A model generated the notes under the pieces. It ran no database searches and was not told the origin of the DNA. It saw nothing but the letters and a program-made list of their open reading frames with translations. DNA of 62,866 nt, filler included, from an uncultured Methanosarcinales archaeon (lineage in GTDB: Archaea; Nanobdellota; Nanobdellia; Woesearchaeales; CAYSVS01): assembly GCA_964589485.1 (NCBI GenBank). It is 3 parts of 3 records of this genome, joined end to end, with 100 filler letters (N's around TTAATTAATTAA, not from the genome) between each part and the next. Parts side by side here need not be neighbours in the genome. Positions count along the whole stretch, not along the records: positions 1 to 17,372 come from CAZPRK010000002.1; 2 more parts are not named here. One strand, 5' to 3'. The stretch's first letter is position 1, and each line of letters begins with the position of its first letter. Position numbers and translations under genes: made by a program. Below, in pieces: positions 1 through 9,685 of this stretch.

Positions 1-359
1 TCTCGAACTAAAAATAATATTTTTTTATTTTTTAATGAAGGTCTAATTTTAACTCTTTCAGATTTTGAATAAATACTTGTAAATTTAAATCCTTCCCAAT
101 GGTATAGTGGCAAACCAGCTAAAGAATGAAAAATTGCAATTTTTGGTATTTTACCTTTAGCCATCCTTATAATGTCTAAATCTAATTTTTTTATGTTATA
201 TTTTAAAGAAATAATTTTAGCTAACATAACTCTAAGCCAAGTATGACCTGACTTTTGGAATGAAACTACTGCACTTTCTGCATATAAGTCGCAATATAAA
301 CCTAAAAAGCGAAAATATAAAAATCTAAATATAGCAAATTTCCATAATTTTTGTTTCAT
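1..359 (-). CDS. Sulfotransferase-fold protein (N-terminal part; runs off window start)
   Basis: Not in ORF track. Manual translation from ATG at 359: MKQKLWKF...AVVSFQKSGHTWLRVMLAK...KKILFLVRE. SFQKSGHTW matches the 5'-phosphosulfate-binding loop (SYPKSGTTW) and FLVRE matches the start of the 3'-phosphate-binding LVRDP motif. Confidence 0.8.
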   Translation of the reverse strand, partial: MKQKLWKFAIFRFLYFRFLGLYCDLYAESAVVSFQKSGHTWLRVMLAKIISLKYNIKKLDLDIIRMAKGKIPKIAIFHSLAGLPLYHWEGFKFTSIYSKSERVKIRPSLKNKKILFLVR

Positions 360-396
360 TTTATCAAGTTCAAGGATTGTTGTATATAAAATTAAC

Positions 397-1266
397 TTAA
401 CAAAATAACTTTCCACCAAAGAATTTTTGTTTATAAAAACCTATAGTTTGTACTATGTAACTTAGAAATAATAATACAAATATTAAAGGAAATCTGGGGT
501 TAGTTAAATTATATTTAATTATATTTTTAGTTTGCCATATTTTTAAATGAACGTATTTATTTACATTTTTAATTTCTTTCTTGAAAAAATAATTTCCCTT
601 TCCCCTATTAAAATGCCATGTAATAAATTCTTTTAATTTATATCTTGCAGGATGAGTCATAATCATGTTTGGGTTATATTTTATTTTAATGTCATTTTCA
701 ATTAATTTATGTGAAAGAAAAACATCATCTGCAGTAATTGTTAATTTTGGGTTAAATGCACCTATATCTTGAACAACTTTTTTTATGAATGCACAATTGC
801 CTCCAGCTAAATGATCAGTATACCCATCAATTACTTTCCACATTTTTTCAAAGCCAAGATGAGCTCCGCCAGGATATCCTAATGCTGAAATAGAATCACC
901 TAGAATAGTAGATTTTGGAATTTTTGTACATCCGGAAACTACTTTATTTACTTTAATTGTTTCGTAAATTTCATTTAACCAATTTTCATCAGCTTGACAA
1001 TCTGCATCAATAATTGCAACAATTTCAGAAATAGCTGCATTTATTCCTTCATTTCTTGCCCTTGATAATCCAATTCTAGGCATATTTTTTACTTTAACAT
1101 TGTAAGATTCAGCTATTTCTTTAGTGTTATCGCTACTTCCGTCATTGACAACAATAACTTCAAAATCTTTAAAAGTTTGTTTTTTTAAACTGTCTAGAAC
1201 TACATGAATAACTTTTCCAGCATTATATGCACATACTACGACTGAAATTTTAGGTGTCATTGTCAA
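397..1266 (-). CDS. GT2 family glycosyltransferase
   Basis: ISVVVCAYN, VIVVNDGSSD, GLSRARNEG and DAD (DxD) motifs; C-terminal hydrophobic segment. Confidence 0.9.
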   Translation of the reverse strand: MTMTPKISVVVCAYNAGKVIHVVLDSLKKQTFKDFEVIVVNDGSSDNTKEIAESYNVKVKNMPRIGLSRARNEGINAAISEIVAIIDADCQADENWLNEIYETIKVNKVVSGCTKIPKSTILGDSISALGYPGGAHLGFEKMWKVIDGYTDHLAGGNCAFIKKVVQDIGAFNPKLTITADDVFLSHKLIENDIKIKYNPNMIMTHPARYKLKEFITWHFNRGKGNYFFKKEIKNVNKYVHLKIWQTKNIIKYNLTNPRFPLIFVLLFLSYIVQTIGFYKQKFFGGKLFC

Positions 1267-1957
1267 TTTTTTTTAATGATAAATATTGTGAAATCAATTT
1301 TCTTAACATTGCTAACGATGAAACTACTGCATATATGATTAATGTTAAAGATAAATAATCAAAAATTACTCCAAAAAATAATACATTAAAAGGTTGTCCT
1401 TTTCTGAATAGTTCTGCTAAATAAGCAAAAATACTTTTTTGGTTAATGGATTGTGACATGTATATTTTTCCTAATTTGTCCCATTTTTCTTTCTCAAACC
1501 AACCTGGATTAATGTTAAATAATTTTTCATATAACATTGTTATGCAACAAATTCCACCTAAAAAAATAGCAGAAATGTTATTTGTCATAAAATATACTTT
1601 AAATCCTAATGCTAAAAACAATAAAGGCATTCCAAAAAATAATCCTAAATACTCTAAATATATTCCTGTGAAAGATTTAATATTTTTAGCTCTTGCAATA
1701 TTTCCATCAGTAAAATCTAACAAAGTAACTAAAAAGTTAAATATTATAATTCCAATGACTCTTTGAGTGTATGTTCCTAACATTAAAAATGCGGAAATAA
1801 ATTCAAGTAAAATCCATAAAATTGTAATTTGGTTAGGAGTAATGTTAGTTTTAAGTAATGGTTTCGCAACATATAATCCTAATATGTGCCACATGTAATT
1901 TACTTTACTCCATGTATTTTTTTTAGCTTTTACTTTAAGTTCTTCGATTGAAACCAT
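1250..1957 (-). CDS. CDP-alcohol phosphatidyltransferase family protein (degenerate motif)
   Basis: TPNQIT plus DFTDGNIAR...GIYLEYLGL. Start set at ATG 1957 (MVSIEELK, parallel to paralog MVTLKEIR), about 25-30 nt below a TTTATAAA box. Confidence 0.85.
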   Translation of the reverse strand: MVSIEELKVKAKKNTWSKVNYMWHILGLYVAKPLLKTNITPNQITILWILLEFISAFLMLGTYTQRVIGIIIFNFLVTLLDFTDGNIARAKNIKSFTGIYLEYLGLFFGMPLLFLALGFKVYFMTNNISAIFLGGICCITMLYEKLFNINPGWFEKEKWDKLGKIYMSQSINQKSIFAYLAELFRKGQPFNVLFFGVIFDYLSLTLIIYAVVSSLAMLRKLISQYLSLKKIDNDT

Positions 1958-2040
1958 ATTTTTGTAGCTTTGTTTAATATTTATAAATATTTGCACATAA
2001 AAGAGGAAGTTTTAAAAGATAAAGTAGAGTATTAAGTAAT

Positions 2041-3465
2041 ATGAAAAGCTTTGGTAAGGGAACAGTTTATTTGATAGGAAGTGAATTTTTTTTTGTATTG
2101 TCTAATTATTTAATTCACATTGGATTAGCAAGATTTTTAGGAGTTGAAATATATGGGTTATTTGGAGTATTAATGTCTCTTTACCTGTTAAATAGAGCTT
2201 TTCTTAATACTGGTTTGCCAAGAAGTGTATCTAAATTAATTTCTGAAGAAAAATATGATATAAAAGATATATATAAAACTTCAATAAAAATTCAATTATT
2301 TTTTTCTATATTATTTGCATTAATATACATTTTATTTTCAAGTCAAATTGCAAATTTATTAAAAGATTCAACTTTAATTCCTTATTTGATTCTTTTAGGG
2401 ATAATGGTAATTCCGTTAGCAATATATTCTTTATTTTTGAATGGGTTTGTTAATGGGTTAAGAAAATTTGAATTACAAGCTAAAATGAAAGTATTAAATT
2501 CTTTTTTTAGAATTTTGTTTACTTTTGTATTAATATTTCTTGGGTTTAAGTTATTTGGAGCATTGTTAGGTTTTTTTATCGCAACTATTATGTCAGCTAT
2601 TATTGTAAGGTATTATTTAAAATTAGAAAAAGGTAAAGAACTTAAATGGAATAAAATACTTATCTTTGTAATTCCGTTAACATTTACAGCATTGGCATTA
2701 ACTTTTATTAGGAATGGAAATGTTTTATTTATTAAATCAATGTTACAAGATAACTTTGTTGCAGGATTATATACTAGTGCAGCAACATTAGCCACTGCAC
2801 CATATGCTATCTTCTCTGCAGTTCCAAGGACAATTATGCCTAGTATATCAAATGCTATTGCAAAGGAAAATTACGATTTAATGAAAAAATATATTACTAA
2901 ATCTTTAAGGTATACATTAATTTTAGTTTTACCTTTATGTGTTTTAGTAACTGTAACTGCAAAAGAAACATTAACTTTATTTTATTCTAAAGTTTTTGCT
3001 GAAGCAAGTACAATTTTGCCAATTTTAATTTTTGCATCCTTATTTTTAATTTTATTTGGAGTTTTTGGTTCAATATTAACAGGTCTAGGAAAACCTAAAA
3101 CTGAAACTACTTTAATGGTATTAATATTGATATTAATGATTAGTTTAAATTTTATTTTAGTTCCTTTATTTGGAGTTATGGGAGCAGCATATAGTATTTT
3201 TATTTCAACATTACTAGGATGTTTAATTTCTGGGGGTTTAGTTTGGAATAATACTAAAGTAATAATGAACTTGATAAGTTTTATTAAAATTACATTAGCT
3301 TCAATTTTACTTTATTTTATTTCTTTGAAATTTTTATTTACAGGTATATTTGTAGTTTTAACTTACGGAATTGGATTTTTAATTTATTTTCTTATATTAT
3401 TTGCTTTAAAAGAGTTTAAAGAAGAAGATTTTGTATTTGTTAGAAAGATTTTTAAACAAACTTAG
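2041..3465 (+). CDS. Wzx/MOP-type oligosaccharide flippase
   Basis: 474 aa, about 12-14 TM segments, LARFLGVEIYG and LVPLFGVMGAA motifs; glycosyltransferase context. Confidence 0.85.
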   Translation: MKSFGKGTVYLIGSEFFFVLSNYLIHIGLARFLGVEIYGLFGVLMSLYLLNRAFLNTGLPRSVSKLISEEKYDIKDIYKTSIKIQLFFSILFALIYILFSSQIANLLKDSTLIPYLILLGIMVIPLAIYSLFLNGFVNGLRKFELQAKMKVLNSFFRILFTFVLIFLGFKLFGALLGFFIATIMSAIIVRYYLKLEKGKELKWNKILIFVIPLTFTALALTFIRNGNVLFIKSMLQDNFVAGLYTSAATLATAPYAIFSAVPRTIMPSISNAIAKENYDLMKKYITKSLRYTLILVLPLCVLVTVTAKETLTLFYSKVFAEASTILPILIFASLFLILFGVFGSILTGLGKPKTETTLMVLILILMISLNFILVPLFGVMGAAYSIFISTLLGCLISGGLVWNNTKVIMNLISFIKITLASILLYFISLKFLFTGIFVVLTYGIGFLIYFLILFALKEFKEEDFVFVRKIFKQT

Positions 3466-3479
3466 TTACTTTTGAATAT

Positions 3480-4178
3480 ATGGTTACACTTAAAGAAATA
3501 AGGGAAAAATCAAAGAAAAAATATACTAGTTTTCATAGGATGATGCTTCATACTGTGTCAACACCGTTAACTTGGATCTTTTTACGTTTACCTTTTACAC
3601 CAAATCAAATTACAGTAGGTTGGGGAATATTACAACTTTTAGCTTCATTATTACTTTTAAATGGAAATTATTGGTATATACTAGTAGGAGTTTTAATGTT
3701 TCATTTAGGAACTTTTTTAGATTGCGTAGATGGACAAATTGCAAGATTTAGGGGTATACAATCTGTAATGGGTAATTATTTAGATCAATTAATGCATTAT
3801 ATTACAATTCCTTTCTTTTTTATTTGTTTTACTATAGGTGTATATGTTCAATACGATAATGTAAATTACTTATATTGGGGATTATTGGGAGTATTAAGTT
3901 TTTGGAATTCTAGAATTTTATCTGTAAATCCATTATGGTTTCCTATGGATGAAAGAAGTAAAGTTTCTGATCAGTTTCAAACTTTTGTAACAAGGAAAAA
4001 ATTTGAATTTATTTATGATTCTTTAAAAATTGAGTACCCTTTAAATTTATTTTTCTTTGGAGTTTTATTTAATCTGTCAAATTATGTATTAATTATTTAT
4101 TCTATTATGTTTTTCATTGATTTTATAAAAAGGATAAGTTCACAATATATGAAAATGATGGCTTTAGATAGAAAATGA
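3480..4178 (+). CDS. CDP-alcohol phosphatidyltransferase family protein
   Basis: TPNQIT and DCVDGQIAR...GNYLDQLMH motifs. Confidence 0.88.
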   Translation: MVTLKEIREKSKKKYTSFHRMMLHTVSTPLTWIFLRLPFTPNQITVGWGILQLLASLLLLNGNYWYILVGVLMFHLGTFLDCVDGQIARFRGIQSVMGNYLDQLMHYITIPFFFICFTIGVYVQYDNVNYLYWGLLGVLSFWNSRILSVNPLWFPMDERSKVSDQFQTFVTRKKFEFIYDSLKIEYPLNLFFFGVLFNLSNYVLIIYSIMFFIDFIKRISSQYMKMMALDRK

Positions 4179-5638
4179 AAAAAATATTTTTATTTTTAAT
4201 TTTAGTAAGTCTATTATCTTTTCAAGTAGATGCATATACTTGGAAAACTAAGTTATATGATAATTTTATGAATTTTGAGTTAAGGCCTGTATTAGATAAA
4301 GATAAAGAATGGGTAAGTAAGAATCTTGATCAGATAGGAAAAAATTTAGAATTAATTAATTGTTCAAATAATTTAAATGAAGTATCTTCTAAATTAAAAA
4401 GATATCAAAAAGAATTAAATTCTTTTAATTATTTTGATTTAAAGATAGATTTTAATATGTTTAAAAAGAAAGTTTTTTTATTATATCAGGAAGTAAATTT
4501 AATTAAACGGAGATGTTTAAAAACTGAATTTATTCCTAATAATTTTAAAGAATTTATTTTTAACCCTGATTCTGGTAATAATGTTAATTTAACTGGTGAA
4601 AATTATTTTGTTAAAATAACTAATAAAGGAGATAAAGAAGTTTCACCTGTATTGTTAATTAATAAACGAGATTGGTCTAACTTGAACACTTTAATGTTTA
4701 GTGTAGTAAATAGTTCTATGAATGATAAAGAAAAAGCTTTAGCTATATGGGAATTTGTAAAAAATAATAGATACCATCAAGATAGTCCATTAGAATACCA
4801 ACAAAGAGTTTCAGTAGATATTTTGAATACAATTGGATTTGGAAATTGTGGAACTGCTACTAACTTGGTTGTTGATTTAGCAACAATTGCAGGATTAGAT
4901 GCAAGAGAACATAGGTTAGGTGGACATATAATTTCTGAAGTTTTTTTTGACAATAAATGGAATATTTTAGATGCAGACGGAAAATGTGTTTATTTAAATC
5001 CAGATGGAACGTTTGCAAGTGTAGATGATTTAGAAAATAATATTAGTATTTTAAACTCATGTGACAGTGAAGTTTATGATTATGAATATTTAGAAAAAGC
5101 ATATGCATCTCCAAATAATAATAAAGTATATGCGTATAAAGCTAAAGATAGAGACAAACAGTTTAAGTATATTTTAAGACCAGATGAAACTGTAGTTTTT
5201 CAAAAATATAATACAGGAAAGTATTTTTCAGCTACAAATTATAGTGAACCTAAATTTTATAGTAATAGTTACTTTGTATATAAACCAAAAAATAATAATA
5301 AAAAAATTGAATTTGATTATCCTTACCCTTTAGTTGGTGGGATTTTAAGCGGATATTCTGATTCTAAGATTAAAATTTATTTTTTAGATGAAAAAGGAGT
5401 TCCTGTTAAAATTTTTCAAGGAAAAGGTGAAATTTTAATTGATTTTAGTAAACATTTTAGAAATGGATATGGATTTCCTCAGTTTACTTATACTTTAAAA
5501 TTTTCAAATGAAATTGATAAATTAAACATTTATACTGAAGTTCAAACTGCATCCTCTTCCTTGCCTTTATTGAAAAAAGGTGAAAATCTTGTTGAATTAG
5601 AAGGAAAAGATTTAGAATTAACTTTTGGTGTATCATAA
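4175..5638 (+). CDS. Secreted transglutaminase-like (Cys-His-Asp) protein
   Basis: Sec signal peptide; GFGNCG, GGHIISEV and WNILDAD motifs in transglutaminase-core spacing. Confidence 0.7.
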   Translation: MKKIFLFLILVSLLSFQVDAYTWKTKLYDNFMNFELRPVLDKDKEWVSKNLDQIGKNLELINCSNNLNEVSSKLKRYQKELNSFNYFDLKIDFNMFKKKVFLLYQEVNLIKRRCLKTEFIPNNFKEFIFNPDSGNNVNLTGENYFVKITNKGDKEVSPVLLINKRDWSNLNTLMFSVVNSSMNDKEKALAIWEFVKNNRYHQDSPLEYQQRVSVDILNTIGFGNCGTATNLVVDLATIAGLDAREHRLGGHIISEVFFDNKWNILDADGKCVYLNPDGTFASVDDLENNISILNSCDSEVYDYEYLEKAYASPNNNKVYAYKAKDRDKQFKYILRPDETVVFQKYNTGKYFSATNYSEPKFYSNSYFVYKPKNNNKKIEFDYPYPLVGGILSGYSDSKIKIYFLDEKGVPVKIFQGKGEILIDFSKHFRNGYGFPQFTYTLKFSNEIDKLNIYTEVQTASSSLPLLKKGENLVELEGKDLELTFGVS

Positions 5639-5670
5639 GTTTTATATATTAACTTCTAAATCTTTTTGTT

Positions 5671-7743
5671 ATGTCTATTATTACTATAATATTATTTTTT
5701 GTTTATTTATTTGGACTAGGATATACTGTAAGTAGTTTTTTTAAGAAACAAGAAAGTTTATTAGAAAATCTTTTTATTTCAATTTCGTTAGGGTTAGGTG
5801 TTTTACCAATATTACTCATTTTTTTAAATTTTTTAAATTTTTCATTATTAGATTGGAAAATTTTATTTGTATTAAGTTTAATATATCCTTTGTATAAGTT
5901 GTTTAAAAATTATAAATCTATTTCTTTACCTTCATTTACAAAATCGGATGTTTATATGATTATTGTTATACTTATCTCGTTAGTTTCTTTATGGATTTAT
6001 ACAACGGGAGCTTTTGCATATCCTTATCTTGAAGATGAAGACCCATGGGGACATGCAGTAGGAATTAAGTATGTTTCTTTAGAAAAGTCTGGGTATGATC
6101 CTAGTAATGTTGAAGGAATAGATGAAGTGTTATCTTACATGGATCCATATCCTCCAGCATATGACATTTTTTTAGGAATATTACATCAAACTTCTCCAGA
6201 TATAACGTGGACTATGAAATTTTTTAATGCATTAATAATCTCATTAGGGTTTATATTTTTTTATTTATTTGTTAAACTATTTACTGCTTCAAGGAATATT
6301 GCATTATTAAGTACTTTCTTTTTAGCTTCTTTACCTTCATACTTAAGTCATTTTATTTGGGCACATTCACTTGTAATTACTGTATTTTTTCCAACATTGT
6401 ATGCGTTTTTAAAAATTAAAGAAAATAAAAATTGGTGGATTGTAGCTGCAATTTGTTTTGCAAGTATATGGGTGTCACAGAATTTAAGTCAACCTATAAA
6501 AATTTCTACAATGATGTTTCTTTTTGTTTTTGTTGGTTCAATGGCAGCTTCAAGAGTTATGAAGTATGAAATCTTAGCTTTAATTGTAGGTGGAATGTTA
6601 TCTTGGTTATGGTGGGGAGTTATGATTTTAAAATATTCCTTTACTGGGTTTTTAAGGATATATGGTGGATCAAGAACAAGTAGCATTGTAGGAGAAGGTG
6701 CAATACAACCTTCAATATTTACTAAATTACAAGGTATTATTGGAGCTTTAGTTAGTTCAGGAGGAACTGGGTCAAGAGCTTATAATTTAAATGATTTTTT
6801 AATTGCAAAAGAAACAAACATGATTAATAATCCAATTGGGATAGGATTAATTTTATCTATATTAGTTTTAGTTGCTATTGTTTATATACTCTGGAAATAT
6901 AGAACAAGTATAGTAGAAGATAATAATTCTTGGCTATTGATTACTTTATTCTGGTTAGTTTTTACATTTATGGGTGTAAATGGACAAACTTTTCCAATTT
7001 CTGTTGCAAGGGGACCTTTCCGTGTATGGATGTTAATGGCAATACCTATAGCAATTTTAACTGGATTTTTCTTTGTAAAATTATGGAACATGAAACCGTC
7101 ATTAAAACATTGGGGTATAATTTTCATATTATGGTTATTTGCTTTTTTTTATGGAAGAGGATCTTTTGATTATAGCGGAGTATATTTTACATTTACTTTA
7201 TTGATTATTATAGGCGGAGGATTAATGTATTATACTACTAAAAATGAAAATGTAAGTTATTATAGGTTTTTTTTAATATTAATTCTATTAGGTGTATTGT
7301 TAACTTCAGGAATGCAAAAAATGGCAGTTAATACTGCAATTTGGCCAACTTCAGGGAGTTATACTTCGGGAAAGGAACCTTTTGATTACGCTGCATGGTT
7401 TGATACTATTCCAGATGATACAGGAGTTTTTTTAATGTCACCAAGAGATAAATTAACTATTGGTTATGGTAAATTTAGTTGTGACTGGTGTGCTAATGTT
7501 TTAGATTTCAGGGAAGATATTTTACATAAAAATGTAGATCAAATACATTCTTTTTTGAAAAATAATAATTATGAATATTTTTTAATTAATCCTGCAATGG
7601 ACACTAAATATTTTAATAAATTATTTGGAGAAAATGAAACAAAAGTAATATTACCTCAATTTTACAATGATATGACAACTACAAGAAAATTTATGTTAGT
7701 GCATCAAGTTCCTAATAGCTTCTTTGTATTTAGGGTTAATTAA
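5671..7743 (+). CDS. Polytopic GT-C fold-like membrane glycosyltransferase
   Basis: Many TM helices, acidic first external loop EDEDPWGH and PYPPAY motif, soluble C-terminal domain. Confidence 0.6.
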   Translation: MSIITIILFFVYLFGLGYTVSSFFKKQESLLENLFISISLGLGVLPILLIFLNFLNFSLLDWKILFVLSLIYPLYKLFKNYKSISLPSFTKSDVYMIIVILISLVSLWIYTTGAFAYPYLEDEDPWGHAVGIKYVSLEKSGYDPSNVEGIDEVLSYMDPYPPAYDIFLGILHQTSPDITWTMKFFNALIISLGFIFFYLFVKLFTASRNIALLSTFFLASLPSYLSHFIWAHSLVITVFFPTLYAFLKIKENKNWWIVAAICFASIWVSQNLSQPIKISTMMFLFVFVGSMAASRVMKYEILALIVGGMLSWLWWGVMILKYSFTGFLRIYGGSRTSSIVGEGAIQPSIFTKLQGIIGALVSSGGTGSRAYNLNDFLIAKETNMINNPIGIGLILSILVLVAIVYILWKYRTSIVEDNNSWLLITLFWLVFTFMGVNGQTFPISVARGPFRVWMLMAIPIAILTGFFFVKLWNMKPSLKHWGIIFILWLFAFFYGRGSFDYSGVYFTFTLLIIIGGGLMYYTTKNENVSYYRFFLILILLGVLLTSGMQKMAVNTAIWPTSGSYTSGKEPFDYAAWFDTIPDDTGVFLMSPRDKLTIGYGKFSCDWCANVLDFREDILHKNVDQIHSFLKNNNYEYFLINPAMDTKYFNKLFGENETKVILPQFYNDMTTTRKFMLVHQVPNSFFVFRVN

Positions 7744-7966
7744 AGACGCAACCTTGGTTAGTTAACTTTCCTCCTGCTCCCATGCAGCAGTTATTAATTG
7801 TTCTAGTTTTTTGACAATATTTTTCACCAATTCTGTCACATTTATCTTGAATACATTCTTGAAAACCTTCTTGGTTTTTATCTTGGGATGCTAAAACTGA
7901 GAATATAATTAATAATACAATTAATGCATATAATAAATAAAGTATACTTTTTTGTGATATTGTCAT
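7736..7966 (-). CDS. Small membrane-anchored Cys-rich protein
   Basis: 76 aa, N-terminal TM segment, 6 Cys in the C-terminal half; TATA-like box about 25-30 nt upstream. Confidence 0.6.
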   Translation of the reverse strand: MTISQKSILYLLYALIVLLIIFSVLASQDKNQEGFQECIQDKCDRIGEKYCQKTRTINNCCMGAGGKLTNQGCVFN

Positions 7967-8052
7967 AATGATTATTAATAATTTTATTTAGTTTATATAA
8001 TTTTGTGTTTAAATAAGATATTTATTTAAATGAAGTATTTTTCTTTATATTT

Positions 8053-8838
8053 ATGATAAATGAATTAATTCAAGTAATGAAAAAAGCTGGTAAAGAAGTA
8101 ATGCAAGTTTATTCAACTGATTTTAAGGCTGAAGATAAAGATGGTAGTCCAATAACTGAAGCAGATAGAAAAAGTAATGATATTTTAATTAAAGAATTAA
8201 CTCAGTTTAGATTTCCTATACTTTCGGAAGAATCTGAAGATGATTCTGCAAGACTAAAAAGCGATAAAGTTTTTATTATAGATCCATTAGATGGTACGGC
8301 TGATTTTGTAAATAGAACTGGAGAATTTTCTATTATGTTAGGGTTAGTTGAAAATAATGTTCCAATATTAGGAATAGTATACGTTCCATTGTTAGATGTA
8401 ACTTATTATGCAGAGAAAGGAAAAGGTGCATATAAAATTGAAAATGGAGTTATAACTGAAATTAAATGTAGCAATGTAGAATTATTGGAAAATTCTAGAG
8501 CTATTGTAAGTAGACATCATTTTTCAGATGAAGATAAAAACTTTTTTCAACAATTAGGAATAAAAGAATTTAAACCAAAAGGATCTGCTGGTTTAAAAAT
8601 ATCAGACATTGCAGAAGGAAAAGGTGAATTGTATTTAACTTCTACAAATAAAATAAAACAATGGGATACATGTGCTGCATATTGTATAATAAAAGAAGCT
8701 GGCGGAGAAATGACCGATGTTAAAGGGAATTCTTTAGTTTATAATACTGAAAACGTTTATCATGAGAATGGAATATTAGTTAGTAATGGACAATGTCATA
8801 ATGAAATTGTACAGAAATTTAAAGATTTTCTAAATTAA
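8053..8838 (+). CDS. cysQ: 3'(2'),5'-bisphosphate nucleotidase CysQ (inositol monophosphatase family)
   Basis: SPITEAD, ILSEE, IIDPLDGTADF and WDTCAA motifs. Confidence 0.88.
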   Translation: MINELIQVMKKAGKEVMQVYSTDFKAEDKDGSPITEADRKSNDILIKELTQFRFPILSEESEDDSARLKSDKVFIIDPLDGTADFVNRTGEFSIMLGLVENNVPILGIVYVPLLDVTYYAEKGKGAYKIENGVITEIKCSNVELLENSRAIVSRHHFSDEDKNFFQQLGIKEFKPKGSAGLKISDIAEGKGELYLTSTNKIKQWDTCAAYCIIKEAGGEMTDVKGNSLVYNTENVYHENGILVSNGQCHNEIVQKFKDFLN

Positions 8839-9610
8839 TAAATCTAGATAAAGTATTTTCTTTTAACCATTGAATATATTTTTCATAATCTTCAACTGTG
8901 TCAAATTCAAGCCAACCTCTGGTTGTTTCAATAGGAGTAACTTCATATCCTGCATTAATTATTGCTTGAATAATGCAAGTCATATAACTTTTTTTAAAAC
9001 TTTTACTTCTTAGCCAGGGTTCATCTTTATCGAAATATAATGATTTTTGTTCGTAATAAACTTTCTTTAAAGCTTCTATTCCTTCTTTGGAAAATTTAAT
9101 TAAACCAACATATCTAATTTTTGCTTTATTTAATGGAGCTGTAGTATCTCCTAAGTCAATTATTTTACCATTTTCTACTACTAAACTTTCTGTGTCATCT
9201 TCAGGGTTATCTAACCTTGCTTGCCAATATTCCCAATAATCATCATCTATAGTAACTCCTATATTTGAATTACTTTGAATTATTTTTTCAATAATATTTC
9301 TTTCATAAATAATATCTGCATAACAAACTAAAATATCATCATTCATTTCTTGTTCTGCTTTAAATAAAGTTTCAACCATGTTAGTAGTTGCATAATCTTC
9401 ATTAATGTAATATTTAACATCTGGGATGTTAATTTTATTTGGTTCAAAACCTTTAACTATTGTAATATCCGTTATACCGCATGATTTTAATGTATCTACT
9501 TGTTGTTGAATTAAAGTTTTTCCATTAAACTCCAACATACATTTAGGTAAGTTTTCTGTGTACTTTCCTAACCTTGTCCCCATCCCTGCTGCTAATATTA
9601 TTGCTTTCAT
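8819..9610 (-). CDS. NTP transferase, Cj1416-like CTP:phosphoglutamine cytidylyltransferase (LicC family)
   Basis: AIILAAGMGTRL...PKC, TNMVETLF, YADIIY, WQARLDNPEDDTESL, YMT and GWLEFD motifs resemble C. jejuni Cj1416 as recalled; lies next to Cj1417/Cj1418-like genes. Confidence 0.75.
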   Translation of the reverse strand: MKAIILAAGMGTRLGKYTENLPKCMLEFNGKTLIQQQVDTLKSCGITDITIVKGFEPNKINIPDVKYYINEDYATTNMVETLFKAEQEMNDDILVCYADIIYERNIIEKIIQSNSNIGVTIDDDYWEYWQARLDNPEDDTESLVVENGKIIDLGDTTAPLNKAKIRYVGLIKFSKEGIEALKKVYYEQKSLYFDKDEPWLRSKSFKKSYMTCIIQAIINAGYEVTPIETTRGWLEFDTVEDYEKYIQWLKENTLSRFINLENL

Positions 9611-9685
9611 ATAGATGTGGAATTATAGGTTGTTTATTAATTTATTGTGAGTTATTTTTATATATAAACTGCGCTTAGGAGTTAT

